Shown: positions 33,890 through 46,259 of the stretch, in pieces | Position numbering within the stretch: the stretch's first letter is position 1 | Layout: each line of letters opens with the position of its first letter | From: Azolla caroliniana | Lineage: Eukaryota > Plantae > Polypodiophyta | Assembly: GCA_043228905.1 (NCBI GenBank) | Contig: JBHGNT010000004.1 | Location: 19,654,001-19,718,000, forward strand | Direction of reading: 5' to 3' | DNA length: 64,000 nt | Position numbers and translations under genes: made by a program | Notes under the pieces: model-generated | The model's database searches: none | Told to the model about the DNA's origin: nothing | Seen by the model: only the letters and a program-made list of their open reading frames with translations

Positions 33890-36880
33890 TCAATCCGATT
33901 CTAACCAAGATGTTTCCTTACAGCCTTGTGGCCGAAGCTTATCTACTTCTTCAGCAAGATGTGGTAGTCCTGAATCAATATAAATTTTTGACATTAAAAT
34001 GTATGGAGCAGCTTCTTTGGGCTGCAACCTAACCGCACTATCGAACGCTAGTTTAGCCAACTCAACATTACCATGTATTCGACATGCACCAAGTAAGCAT
34101 AACCAAGTGGCTAGATCAGTTTGTGAAGGCAATATGCTCACCACACATTGTAGTTTCTGAAAGTCTCCTGCACGTCCGAGTAGGTCTAAAATAGTTCCAT
34201 AATGCTTCAAGTCAGGGGTAACAAAATAATCCCTACTCATTGATTCAAAGAACTCTAGACCTTGATAAATGAGACCGGCATGGCTTGATGCAGAAATAAG
34301 TGAAACAAAAGTAACCTCGTCTGGATTTGATCCAGAAAGCTGCATTTCTTGAGCCATTTGAAGGCTAATGATGAGATTTCCTTCTCCGGCATAGCTAGCT
34401 ACACAAGCATTCCAAGTCACGAGATCGGGTTCGATTAATCCATCCAATATAGGTTTCACATCCATAGAGGAAGCACAGCTTCCATATGCATATACAACTG
34501 CACTTGCAAGATAGCATGACAAGCTATATGATGAAAAGGTAGCGGTGAAGTGGAGCTCTCTGGAGAGCTCCAAGTTTCCTGTTTTTGCACATGCTTGAAG
34601 CACACACACAAGTGTTATGTCATCTAAGACAAATATACCATCGTTTCTCATTTGACCATATACTTCTAATGCTTTCTCTCCTTGCCCTTGTTCAACATAC
34701 ACTGATAGTAACGAAGTCAATAAGACAATATCGGGCTCTAATAAATCCATGCATACCATCTCGGCGTCCTCAACATTCCCACATTTTCCAAGAAGGTTCA
34801 CAAGAGCAGTTGCAACATAGACATCTAAATGAAGATTCCTCTTTTGGGCATCTATAAGTAGTGCTTGACCAATCTCTAAACCCATCAACTTTACTGATCT
34901 TCCTTCCATTACAATTGTATCTTCTTTTTGTGCCAAAATACCACAAGCTTGAACGGCAATTAAAAACGTATGGGGGTTTGTCTGCATGCCTTCTGCTTGC
35001 ATTAATTTGAAGGATTGTAAGGCATTCTCAGCTTGACCAAGTTCCAAAAACGCCGATAACATTCTAACCCACAAAAGTGCATCGGGTATCTCCACAGAAG
35101 AAAATACGTTCTCTGCATCTACAATAGCCCCACATTTTCCATAAAGACTCACAAGAGCATTGAATACAAAGCTGTTTGGAAGAAATCCTTCACTTCTGGC
35201 ATCTGCATGTAATGCTCGACCCATATTAAAACATTTTATTTTGATTGATTGTGGACCTAAAGTAATAGGTTCCTCATCCTCAGCAAGGATGCTACAAGCT
35301 TGAAGAGCAGTTACGATGGTCTGGTGATCTGGTTTTACACCTTCTTCTCGCATCTGTCTATACAAAAGCAAGGCTTTTCTTCCTTGACCATGATCGATAT
35401 ATGCTGACATCATAGAAGTCCATGTAGTAAAATCACGATGAGCCAATGCACAAAAAACACCCTCGGCTTCTCCAATACTTCCACATTTCCCATATATATT
35501 CACAAGGATGCTGCCAAGGGCAACATCATAAGCATAGCCTTTCCCCCATGCATCATTGTGGAGTGCTTTCACTATATCAAAATATGTCATTTTAGTGTTA
35601 TATGGATCGAGGAAACTATCATTTTCTTTTGGAGATATAGAGCCACAAGCCTGGAGGGCAACAGCAAATGCTTTTGAGTCAGGATTAAACCCATCCATTA
35701 GCATCTTTCTATACAATTGTAAAGCTCTCTTTCCTTGACATTGATGAACATATGCAGACAGCATGGCAGTTAAGGACACTATATCATGATAAGACAAACC
35801 ACCTGAAACAAACTCAGCCTCATTGATCGTTCCACACTTCCCATACATAGTCAAAAGAGTTGTCCCAACAACTGGATGCGAAACAAGCCCATTTCTTCTA
35901 GCCTCCATGTGCAATCCATTAAGGATATCCAAGTATTTTATTCTACAGGATCTCCACATAACAGAATTTCCTTCATCCCTGTTTGCAAGCATACCGCATG
36001 CTTGAAGTGCCATCACAAGGCTTTGTTGACTAGGAACATGCTCTTCTCGCATCTGTCTATATAATAACAAAGTTTTCTCTCCTTCTCCATGATTAACATA
36101 AGTTGAAAGCATTGAATTCCACGAAATAGCATCTCTAGTAGGCAGTTCGCTGAACACCTCCTCTGCTTCTATGGTACTACCACATTTCCTATACATTGTG
36201 ATAAGGATATTTCCAATGAATACATCCGACGAGAAGCCTGCAATTTGCGCATCGGCATGCAATTTCCTTCCGTTTTCAAGATCAGAAATGTTTCCACAAG
36301 CACGGAAAAGGCTGCTGAATGTGAAAGTGTCCACTCTGATACCATCTTCAAGCATCTTCTCATACATATGGAGAGCATCTCTACACAATCCATGGTCAAC
36401 AAAGCAGCAAATCACGGCTGTCCATGAGACCAATGTCCGAGATTGCAATCGTAACAGTGAGAACAGAGCATCATTGGGAGAGCCACATTTTGCAAGAGCA
36501 ACAACAAGATGTTGTCCAAGCCCTTGATTCAATGGTATGACTGAATGAATGATGATAATATGAGCATACACACACATGGCATAGCTAAGATTCCTCTGTT
36601 TTGCACATGTTTTAAGAAGGCTTATATATGCATCATGAGATGGAGGGCATGATAACTGAGACAAGCAATTCAAAGCTTTGTCTAGTAATCCTTGTCTACA
36701 AAGGAGGTCTACTTCACCATCAACCCACCTCCCACAAAATGAAGCAGTAGCCGTAGCAGGACATGGTATACTCTGTTTCTGTGCTGCTGTTGATATGTGA
36801 AGAAAAGGAGAAGGATGAAGATGTGTGGGAGACAATGGTACCGGTTGGTTGTTCCTTCTCCATAGAGAAACTAGCAGCAT
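33890..36880 (-). CDS. PLS-class PPR protein with long-L motifs and E1/E2 extension, no DYW
   Basis: 996-aa single ORF; transit-peptide-like N-terminus; repeated P-L-S triplets; E region DLLGRAGDF..WLCLLGACRIHGNVELA..YILMSKIY; ends at a PG-box-like GCKETSWLE. Confidence 0.93.
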   Translation of the reverse strand: MLLVSLWRRNNQPVPLSPTHLHPSPFLHISTAAQKQSIPCPATATASFCGRWVDGEVDLLCRQGLLDKALNCLSQLSCPPSHDAYISLLKTCAKQRNLSYAMCVYAHIIIIHSVIPLNQGLGQHLVVALAKCGSPNDALFSLLRLQSRTLVSWTAVICCFVDHGLCRDALHMYEKMLEDGIRVDTFTFSSLFRACGNISDLENGRKLHADAQIAGFSSDVFIGNILITMYRKCGSTIEAEEVFSELPTRDAISWNSMLSTYVNHGEGEKTLLLYRQMREEHVPSQQSLVMALQACGMLANRDEGNSVMWRSCRIKYLDILNGLHMEARRNGLVSHPVVGTTLLTMYGKCGTINEAEFVSGGLSYHDIVSLTAMLSAYVHQCQGKRALQLYRKMLMDGFNPDSKAFAVALQACGSISPKENDSFLDPYNTKMTYFDIVKALHNDAWGKGYAYDVALGSILVNIYGKCGSIGEAEGVFCALAHRDFTTWTSMMSAYIDHGQGRKALLLYRQMREEGVKPDHQTIVTALQACSILAEDEEPITLGPQSIKIKCFNMGRALHADARSEGFLPNSFVFNALVSLYGKCGAIVDAENVFSSVEIPDALLWVRMLSAFLELGQAENALQSFKLMQAEGMQTNPHTFLIAVQACGILAQKEDTIVMEGRSVKLMGLEIGQALLIDAQKRNLHLDVYVATALVNLLGKCGNVEDAEMVCMDLLEPDIVLLTSLLSVYVEQGQGEKALEVYGQMRNDGIFVLDDITLVCVLQACAKTGNLELSRELHFTATFSSYSLSCYLASAVVYAYGSCASSMDVKPILDGLIEPDLVTWNACVASYAGEGNLIISLQMAQEMQLSGSNPDEVTFVSLISASSHAGLIYQGLEFFESMSRDYFVTPDLKHYGTILDLLGRAGDFQKLQCVVSILPSQTDLATWLCLLGACRIHGNVELAKLAFDSAVRLQPKEAAPYILMSKIYIDSGLPHLAEEVDKLRPQGCKETSWLESD

Positions 36881-36948
36881 AATGCCATGTTTTCTACACC
36901 CTTACAAGGAATCCATGTAATATAATGAGAAAAGATCTCATTGTCATC

Positions 36949-36983
36949 AAGAGAGAGAGAGAGAGAGAGAGAGAGTGTGTGTG
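36949..36983. repeat. (AG)n(TG)n microsatellite just upstream of the PPR gene
   Basis: agagag... followed by tgtgtgtg. Confidence 0.85.
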
Positions 36984-37296
36984 TAAGATTTTGGTCTCAT
37001 GAGAAAGTGTGTGGCGATGATTGGTGGGTTGCCTTTGGTGATGGCACCGATGAACCTCGAATAGGACAGCTTTTCTTGTATAGAGATCCATCCAGATGCA
37101 CCCACCACAAGTTCCTTACATGCCTGGCTGCTAAAGCCATTAATGATTGTTACATTGCAACTTTCGGCATCGCTAGAAGATTTTGTCACCCGGTTAGTGG
37201 GTTATCATTTACAGACTCAAAGCTTCGCCATCCCCATTATATATATTGAGAAATCAAGCTCAACTAGGTTTAATCATTTAGTCAACCATGTAACTT

Positions 37297-37536
37297 AGTA
37301 GTGGAGAAGAGGTCCGAGGTCCCTCTCAATGGGAAGAGAGCCTATCAGGTCAGGTGCCAACTTTTTGTCAACTAGTCTGACTTTGAGCTAGACTAGTACG
37401 AGAGCCAACTAAGCTAAGAGCCAATTCGACCAGCTAAGCTACGAACTAATTCGGCCGGCTAAGTTAAGAGCCAACTCAGCCGATCTGACCAGAGGCAAGC
37501 CGGACTGAAGCTTATGCAAGGCTATAATTGTAAATA

Positions 37537-37577
<41 letters not shown>

Positions 37578-38599
37578 CTAGGGCAACAGAGATGTGAGAG
37601 ATGACTATTAAAGTTGAATAATCAGAGTGTGACTGTGATAAGTTGTTGTTACTCCTTGTTTTACATCCATCCACTATGATGAAGATCAACTCAAGGTTGT
37701 TGCCTTTGAGTTCTTGTAACTCTCAGATAGTGATTCTGTTCAGAGTTTGTGGGATCCCATGGTTTTCCCATTTAGGGTTTCCACGTCAAAACTTTGTGTC
37801 TCTGTCTTTGCTATTTCTATTTCTATTTCTTGTTGATTTTTCTTTTCNNNNNNNNNNNNNNNNNNNNNNNNNNNNNNNNNNNNNNNNNNNNNNNNNNNNN
37901 NNNNNNNNNNNNNNNNNNNNNNNNNNNNNNNNNNNNNNNNNNNNNNNCATGCTAATGAAGGCTTTGACTATGGACAAATTTAAAGCGTGTCGGTTGAAGG
38001 TTGGTTTGGTCAACTTTCCCATACAGGAGTGAATAGAGAGTTTGTTGTGGAGAAGAGGTCCCTCTTGATGGGAGGAGAGCCAATCGGGTTAGGAGCGAAC
38101 TGCATGCCGACTAGTTGGTTTTGAGTTGGACTAGTATGAGAGCCAGCTAAGCTAGGAGCTGATTCGGGTGGCTTGGCTAGGAACCGATTCGGCCGGCTAA
38201 GTTAGGAGCCAACTCGACCAATCTTACCAGAGGCAAGCCGACTTGAAGCTTATGCAAGGCTATAATTGTAAATACCTATATATATATATATATATAGCTA
38301 GGGCAACATATAGCTAGGGCAACCCTAAAGTTCAATAATCAGAGTGTGAGTGTGAGAAGTTGTTGTTACTCTCTGTTGTACATCCATCCATTGTGACGAA
38401 GATCAATTCAAGGTTGTTGCCTTTGAGTTTTTGTAACTCTCAAATAGTGATTCTATTTGGAGTCTATGGGGTCCCATGGTTTTTCCCATTTATGGTTTCC
38501 ACGTTAAAACTCTGTGTCTCTGTCTTTGCTATTTCTATTTCTATTTCTTGTTGCTTTTTCTTTTCTGCTTGCAAGCCAGTTGTGGCCAACCCATATTCA
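37297..38599 (+). mobile_element. Copia (family-B-related) element whose interior is lost in an assembly gap: LTR, gap, RNase H end, PPT, LTR
   Basis: 37297-37847 and 38042-38599 are homologous (gtggagaagaggtcc..., (TA)n, ggttttccc). MLMKALTMDKFKACRLKVGL at 37948-38030 is the copia RNase H tail, followed by a purine tract. Confidence 0.8.
37848..37947. other. Assembly gap (100 N)
   Basis: Run of N; the true size is unknown. Confidence 0.99.
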
Positions 38600-39669
38600 T
38601 GTCAGTATATATACCTCATTATGGGTATTTTTGTAACTTGATGCTTATTAATATAGTGAAAGAACTTTTAGCTACATTATGTGTTAATCATCCCCTATTT
38701 TGTCTTATTGTTCATAAGTGTATTTCTTCTCTATCTCTCATTCAACTTCCTTTCTCTCTCACACACACATATCACGTAGTCTTCCATTGCTCAATCACAT
38801 ACATGATTAGCTACTTACATAATTAGATACTAATTAACCCTTAGTTACTTACATAATTATTAACATGGTATCAGAGCGTGTGGTTTAGCATATCCACTAA
38901 GCCCATCTGATTCCTAGTGATTGTGTGTTCAAGACGCCGACAACAACCCCCAGGCCGGCTATTTGCTATTGGAGTACCACTACATAGCAAGTGTACATGA
39001 TTGAAGAAAGAAAAGCCGAAAAGGAAGACACTACATCAACATTAACACACAAATGGGTAGCTCGCTCCCTAGTGAAAATCTAGACCATGGCAATTTTTCA
39101 ACTTGGGAGTACACAAGATCAACCAATACCGTATTGGCCAAGGTAAATGGAGTTACATTAAAGGGGGACTTGAAGAGAAACCCACCATCACAAACGCTAA
39201 CTATCCGGCATGGGAGCATGGAGTTATCCAAGTAATCTACTACTTGGCAATATGTGTTCATGATTACATGCTTAACCACATCCGAGATGCCAAGACTCCT
39301 AAAGAAGCTTGGGAAAATCTCAGGAAGATATTTGCTACCAACACATCTATTCAGAAGCTTCAACTTTGACAGGAATTGAACAATATCCGCCAAAAGGACA
39401 CGTCTGCGTCGGATTACACATGTAAGATCAAGACCATCTGTGACTCACTTAGCTCCATCAACATAAATGTCAAAGAGGATGAGCTTGTGCAAGTGTGCTT
39501 GGGTGGCCTTGCACAATAGTTCGATCCAATCAGGATGGCAATACTGGCAAGGGAAAATCCTCCTTGTTCTTTGACCTCCAATCTATGTTATTGGTCAAAG
39601 AAACTCATGTTAAATCTAAAAACAAGACATCTTAAGAACAAATGTTCTTCTCAAGTGTGGATAATGGCA
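38600..39669 (+). mobile_element. 5' part of a Ty1/copia (family A): LTR 38600-38865, PBS 38866-38877, decayed gag
   Basis: TGTCA...TTAACA, then TGGTATCAGAGC. gag MGSSLPSENLD..KEAWENLRKIFATNT..NVKEDELVQVCLGGL is homologous to 3793-4215. It breaks off into tRNA-array spacer at about 39670. Confidence 0.85.
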
Positions 39670-40219
39670 TGTACACCAAGACGAACCAATAACGTGACAT
39701 CAAATCCCTTTTGTAACGAACACACCAACAGTGAATAATAGCATAACACCAAATTCCTTGCAAAGTAATTGATGGTTAACAAGATAACTACATCAAGCGC
39801 TTGTGGCCTAATGGATAAGGCACTTGACTTCTAATCAAGGGATTGTGAGTTTGAGTCCCAACAGGCGTGCAACATGAAGGAAGGAGAGGAAACCTTGATC
39901 CCATTCTTGGCTCATTCACCAAGATGAAACAATACATGACATCAAATCCCTTGTGTAACAACCACACCAACATTGAATAATAGCATAACACCAAATTGCA
40001 TGCAAAGTAAGCAGTGACTAACAATTTGACCACATGGGGCATTTTTGGCCTAATGGATAAGAAACTTGACTCTCAATTGTGGGTTCGACTCCCACCATGT
40101 GTGCAAACGAAGTAGAGGGAACCCTTATCCAATTCCTTTTAAACACACGTACACCAAGACTAAACAATAACATGACATCAAATCCATTATGTAACAACCC
40201 ACACCAACATTGAATAAGA
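39670..40219 (+). repeat. Second tRNA-Arg(UCU)-derived array (2 tRNA-like units, 3 spacers)
   Basis: Same spacer consensus as 8881-10710; tRNA-like units at 39797-39869 and ~40038-40103 (internal deletion). Confidence 0.9.
39797..39869 (+). tRNA. tRNA-Arg(UCU)-like gene, T arm damaged (likely pseudogene)
   Basis: GCGCTTGTGGCCTAATGGATAAGGCACTTGACTTCTAATCAAGGGATTGTGAGTTTGAGTCCCAACAGGCGTG. Acceptor, D and anticodon arms pair; the B box is mutated (TTT for TTC); no downstream oligo-T. Confidence 0.75.
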
Positions 40220-43200
40220 TGTTGGGAAACATGTCCCTCCGGATGGGAAGAGAAGTACCATGTTGGTGAGTGTCTCTGTCGAGGCCGAAACCGAAATCAA
40301 AATCAAAATCAAAATCAAAATCGTTTCGGAAGACTATAATTGTAAATAGTCTAAAATGCCCCTTTGTGGGCTATACTTGTAAATAGCCAACTAGGGCAAC
40401 TAGGGCAAACTTTAGTAAGTGTAGTTGATCATTATTGTAAAGTGAGAACGAGGTAGTTGCCTCTATAACCGTGAGTGAGAGAGTGAGAGTGTAACTCTGT
40501 AGCCGTTTGTTAGATGAAGGAGAACTCGAGGTCTTTGCCTCCGAGTTCCGTATTTGTACTTCCTCTCTACCATAGTGATCTGTTTTCTTGGGGTTTGTGG
40601 ACCCCCGTGGTTTTTTCCCATTTTGGGTTTTCCACATAAAAATATTGGTGTCTCTGTGTCTTCACATTTTTCTATTTGCCTGCTAATTCTTGGTTTTTGT
40701 ACATGAATACAAACGTGAAACTGGTTGTGGCCAGTCATTTCCTAACAAAGTGGTATAAGAGCAATGGAAGACTCGTTCGGCGGCATGTTTAAGCTAACCG
40801 GCTCCAACTACTCAATGTGGAAGTCGAAGATGAGAGACATGCTCGTGTGCAAAGACCTCTGGTTGTTGGTGCAGTTCGGAGATAAAAGACCAAACAAGAT
40901 CAATGTAGCAACTTGGGAAGTGTTGCATCTGAAGGTAGTCGCATATATAAGGTATTTTATAGACATGAGTCTATACAACAAGGTCAACGAAGAAACAGAA
41001 GTAGGCGTCCTATGGAAGAATATCAGCGTCATGTTCGAAAACAAGAACGTTGTGAAGCGAGTCTCAGTATTTCGAAAAATCGTGAGGCTCCGGTATCATG
41101 ATGGCTCCAGTATGGCGGAGCACATCAATGCCTTCCAAGGACTGATGAACCAAACCACCTCTCTAGAAGTACCTCTGGCTAATGAGGTATTAGCACTGTT
41201 GTTGCTGGGATCCCTTCCGGACAGTTGGGAAACGTTGGTTGTCACGTTGGGCAACGCAAGACCGGAAAGGAAACGCCTATACCTAGAGTAGGTGAAGTCA
41301 AGCTTGCTAAACGAAGAAGCTCGCTGGAAGGACCGAGTGTCCAATACCGACCAGAAGGCCTTAGTCCCGAAAGGTGACACGATTCGGGGAAGAGACCGAA
41401 ATTGAAGTCCCCAGAACCAAGATAAGTCAAGGACCAGGTCGAAGTCGAGGGGGAGGCCCACGTGCTTCTATTGTGGGAAGTCGGGGCACTTCCAGTAAAA
41501 CTGCAGACACTTTCAAAAGGAGAAAGGGGGAGTTGATGGTGTAGAGCCGAAGAATATCCAGGACAGAAAGAACACCTCAACAATCGCCACAAGTGAGGAG
41601 TTGTTGCTCATCAATGAGCAAAACGAAGTGAATCTCGTCGGCGAAGAATCGACATGGGTGGTCGATTCAGGTGTGTCATTCCACCTAACCCCTGACCAAA
41701 AGTGCTTCTCATCCTACAGAGCCGGAGATCTCAGATCCATAAAGATGGGAAATGAAGGAGCATGCCGAATCGTTGGCATTGGAGATGTGTGTTTGGAAAC
41801 ATCAACCGGGTGCAAACTCGTGTTGAGAGATGTACGACACGTTCCGGAGGTTCAATTGAACCTAATATCAACCGGTCGGTTAGATGATGAAGGCTACATG
41901 GGTAGCATCCGAAACGGTGTCATGAAGTTCTGCAAGGGAAGTCTGATCGTGGCTCCAGCCCGGAAAACCAACACACTGTACATAATGAATGCTGGAATAT
42001 GCCGAGGGGAAGCAAACGTGGCAGCCGACACGGTCGGTGAACTATGGCACAGGAGGTTGTGCCATATGAGCCAGAAGGGGATGTAAAAGCTTTTCGAGGA
42101 CAACCTCATTTTGGAGGTGAAGAACGTGCAACTTGAGAAGTGCACTGATTGCTTGGCCGGCAAGCAGAATCGAACATCTTTCCGAATGAGGCCCTCGATG
42201 AGGAAGAAAATGTTGTTGGAGCTCGTGCATACGGACGTATGCTATATGGACACGAAGTCGCATGGTGGTTCACAGTATTTCGTGACCTTCATTGATGACT
42301 ATAGCAAGAAGTTGTGGGCTTCCGTGTTAAAGATGAAGGATCAAGTGTTATCCATCTTCAAAGAGTTCCAAGTGAGGGCCGAGAGAGAAACCGGCCGAAA
42401 ACTGAAGGTAGTTCAAGTGGACAATGGCGGAGAGTATCGTGGACCGTTCGAGGAATATTGCCAAAATCAAGGAATCCAGCTCGGGTATACTGTGCCGAAG
42501 ACGCTAGACCTTAATGGGCTGGCCGAGAGAATGAACCAGACCGTAATGGAAAGGGTCTGAAGTATGCGCGTACATGCTAAGTTACCGAAGACGTTCTAGG
42601 TTGAGGCGCTGATGACAACAATGTACGTGATAAACCGATCACCCTCAGTACCCTTGGATGGTGATATTCCACAAAGGGTGTGGAGTGGCAAAGACGTATC
42701 ATACCGACATTTGAGGGTGTTTGGCTGTCTTGCTTATGTGCATGTGGCAAAGGACCAGAGGGGGAAGTTGAACCCGAAATCTCGGATATGTATATTTCTC
42801 GGCTACAACAATGATGAATTTGGCAATCGGCTATGGGACTTAGCCGAGAAGAAAGTGATTAGGAGCCGCGACATTGTCTTCATGGAGGAAAAGACAATAG
42901 TCGACTAGGAGATTGGGAATAAGTCTCCAACTACCGAATCGAACCAAGTCGATGCTCGGCCAAATCGAGTAGAAGCCGATTCGATCGAAATTGAATCTGA
43001 GCTAGTCGGTTGAGTTAATATACTTGGCAAAATCGAGAACTGACTGAAGAGCGAGGGGAAACGGCCAAAAAAGGAATCGAATTCGAATTGGAGATGGATT
43101 CCTTGCATGAGAACCACACATATGGGCTGATCGAACTACGGAGAGGAAAGAAGGCACTTCGGAATAAATAGGTATACAAGTTGAAACCAGGAGATGGCGG

Positions 43201-43977
43201 GTATCCACCCAGGTATAAAGCACAAATCGTCGTGAAAGGTTTTCAACAGAAGAAGGGTGTTGATTTCGACGAAATATTTTCCCTAGTCGTAAAGATGACA
43301 TCAATCTGAACCGTGTTCAGCATCGCGGCCAGCATGGACCTCGAAGTCGAACAACTGGACGTCAAGACTGCCTTCCTCCATGGAGATTTAGAGGAAGAGA
43401 TATATTACATGCACTATCCAGAAGGATTTGTGGAAAAAGGTAAAAAAAATCTAGTATGCCGATTGAGGAACAGCTTGTACGGGTTGAAGCAAGCTCCTTG
43501 GCAATGGTACCGAAAATTCGAATCCTTCATGATCGACAATGGGTACCACAAAATGCAGGCCGATCACTATGTATTTGTGAAGAAATTAGATGGAGGAGAT
43601 TTCCACATCCTCCTGTTGTATGTGGACGACATGTTGATTGTCGGACGGGACCATACGAAGATTCGAGTGTTGAAGAAAGCCTTGAGCAGATCGTTCTCGA
43701 TGAAGGATATGGGTATGGCAAAGCAAATCTTGGGGATGCACATTGTTCGGGATGGAATAAAGAAATTGTTGTGGCTATCACAAGAAAAATACGTGACAAA
43801 GGTGTTCAAAAGATTCGGCATGGAAAGGGCGAAATTGGTCGGCTTGACACTGCCGACGAACTGCAAGTTAAGCAAAGAACAATGTCCGAAATAAAAAACC
43901 GAGAAGGCCGAGATGTCAAAAATTCCTTATGCCTTGGCAATTGGAAGTATATGTATGCGATGGTATGTACTAGGGCG

Positions 43978-44886
43978 GACATAGGATATGTAGTCAGCAT
44001 GGTTAGCCGATACATGAGCAACCCTAGAAGAGAGCATTGGGCTACCGTGAAGTGGAAACTTCGGTACCTAAAAGGCACCTCGAACGTGTGTCTTCATTTC
44101 GGTTCAAGTTACCCCACACTAGAAGGTTATACTGACTCAGACATGTTGGTTGATGTGGATACCGGTCGATCCACACCCGAGTACGTAATGACTTATGCAG
44201 GGGGAGTTGTTTCTTGGTAGTCGAGGCTGTAGAAGGCCGTGGCGTTGTCTACCACGGAAGCTGAATATATGGCCGCAACGGACATAGGATATGCAGTCAA
44301 CATGGTTAGCCGATACATGAGCAACCCTAGAAGAGAGCATTGGGCTACCGTGAAGTGGAAACTTCGGTACCTAAAAGGCACCTCGAATGTGTGTCTTCAT
44401 TTCGGTTCAAGTTACCCCACACTAGAAGGTTATACTGACTCAGACATGTTGGTTGATGTGGATACCAGCCGATCCACACCCGAGTACGTAATGACTTATG
44501 CAGGGGGAGTTGTTTCGTGGCTGTCGAGGCTGTAGAAGGCCGTGGCGTTGTCGACCACGGAAGCTGAATATATGGCCGCAACGGACATAGGATATGCAGT
44601 CAGCATGGTTAGCCGATACATGAGCAACCCTAGAAGAGAGCATTGGGCTACCGTGAAGTGGAAACTTCGGTACCTAAAAGGCACCTCAAATGTGTGTCTT
44701 CATTTAGGTTCAAGTTACCCCACACTAGAAGGTTATACTGACTCAGACATGTTGGTTGATGTGGATACCAGTCGATCCACACCCGAGTACGTAATGACTT
44801 ATGCAGGGGGAGTTGTTTCGTGGCAATCGAGGCTGTAGAAGGCCGTGGCGTTGTCGACCACGGAAGCTGAATATATGGCCGCAGCG
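43978..44886 (+). repeat. 303-bp tandem triplication spanning the RT/RNase H junction
   Basis: GACATAGGATATG at 43978, 44281 and 44584; ORFs 44239 and 44542 are near-identical. Confidence 0.93.
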
Positions 44887-45107
44887 GAAGCCGGCAAGGA
44901 AATCATATGGATGCAGGAGTTTATCGGTGAGCGGGGAATTCAGTAGGAGGAATTCCAACTACATTGCGATAACCAGAGTGCCATCCACCTTGCGAAAAAT
45001 GTCGCCTACCACTCGAGGAGCAAACACATCTAGAGAATATATCATTGGCTTCGAGAGCGAGTAGAAGAAAAGGAGTTTGCTCTAGTGAAGATCCACATGG
45101 CCGAAAA

Positions 45108-45489
45108 TGTCACACAGACATGTCCACAACTATGTCAAGATTCGAACTCTTGACCTCTTGTATTAGATAATCAAGTATTATATTATAACCAACACATCCA
45201 AGTACATGATCATGTTATGTATATCTTCGTAGATTATCTATTCATGTTCTAGGAGTTTTTAGAATGTTCTAGAACTTGAAGGTTCTAGAGGGTTCTAGAA
45301 TATTCTAATGCATGTACTTCGACTTACAATATAAATACTTGTAACCTCCTCGGTCCCTTTCAAGGGATTCTACACCAGTCATTGACGTATGAATATAGTG
45401 TTCTCGTTTCACCTCATCTTGTCACATTGATCTTCATTTCTATCTTCATACTCTTGTGTCTTTCCTAGCTTCTTGGTGTGTTTGTGACA
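45108..45489 (+). mobile_element. Solo LTR (382 bp) of the gypsy family seen at 16595-17018, inserted in copia RNase H
   Basis: TGTCAC...GTGACA termini; 5-bp TSD GAAAA (45103-45107, 45490-45494). Confidence 0.92.
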
Positions 45490-46259
45490 GAAAATGGATC
45501 GGATATGCTAACAAAGGTGTTGTCCGCCAAAAAGCTAAACGCATGCCGATAAAGAGTGGGTTTGGTGAACTACCCCATGCCGGAGTGAAGGGGGAGTTTG
45601 TTGGGAAACATGTCCCTCCGTATGGGAAGAGACATATCGTGTTGGTGAGTGTCTCCGTTGAGGCCGAAACCAAAATAGAGACCGAAAATCAAAATCAAAA
45701 TTGTTTCGGAAGACTATAATTGTAAATAGTCTAAAATGCCCCTTTGTGGGCTATACTTGTAAATAGCCAGAAAGTTTCTTTTTGTTTATAAGCAACTAGG
45801 GAAAACTTTAGTAAATGTAGTTGATCATTATTGTAAAGTGAGAACGAGGTGGTTGCCTCTGTAACCATGAGTGAGAAAGTGAGAGTGTAACTCTGTAAAC
45901 GTCTATCAGACGAAGGAGAACTCGAGGTCTTTGCCTCCGAGTTCCGTATTTGTACTTCCTCTCTACCATAGTGATCTGTTTTCTCGGGGTTTGTGGACCC
46001 CCATGGTTTTTTCCCATTTCGGTTTTTCCACTTAAAAATATCGGTGTCTCTATGTCTTCACGTTTTTCGGTCTGCTTGCTAATTCTTGGTTTTTGTACAC
46101 GAATACGAACGTGAAACCGGTTGTGGCCAGTCGTTTCCTAATAGTTCTCAAAGTACTCACACAAAGTTTAGGGATCAAGCAATTATTTACCTCACCATAC
46201 CATCCCCAAACTAACGGGCTCATAGAAAGGATGAACAAAACTATAAAACAAGTGATCAC

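Larger units (their letters stand above)
40220..46143 (+). mobile_element. Near full-length Ty1/copia (family B): LTRs 40220-40747 and 45599-46143, PBS 40751-40762, decayed gag-pol
   Basis: TGTTGGGAAAC...CCTAACA; PBS TGGTATAAGAGC; MEDSFGGMFKL gag, WVVDSG protease, integrase, RT YVDDML, RNase H; PPT GGAGTGAAGGGGGAG. The flanks do not match (TAAGA vs GTTCT). Confidence 0.93.

Noticed and set aside
34585-36527. Short ORFs antisense to or overlapping the PPR gene (and likewise those antisense to pol genes)
   Set aside because: Shadow ORFs of long coding frames.
37643-38032. ORFs spanning the N run; apparent tiny two-LTR (TRIM-like) element
   Set aside because: Created by the 100-N assembly gap; the interior is probably unassembled.
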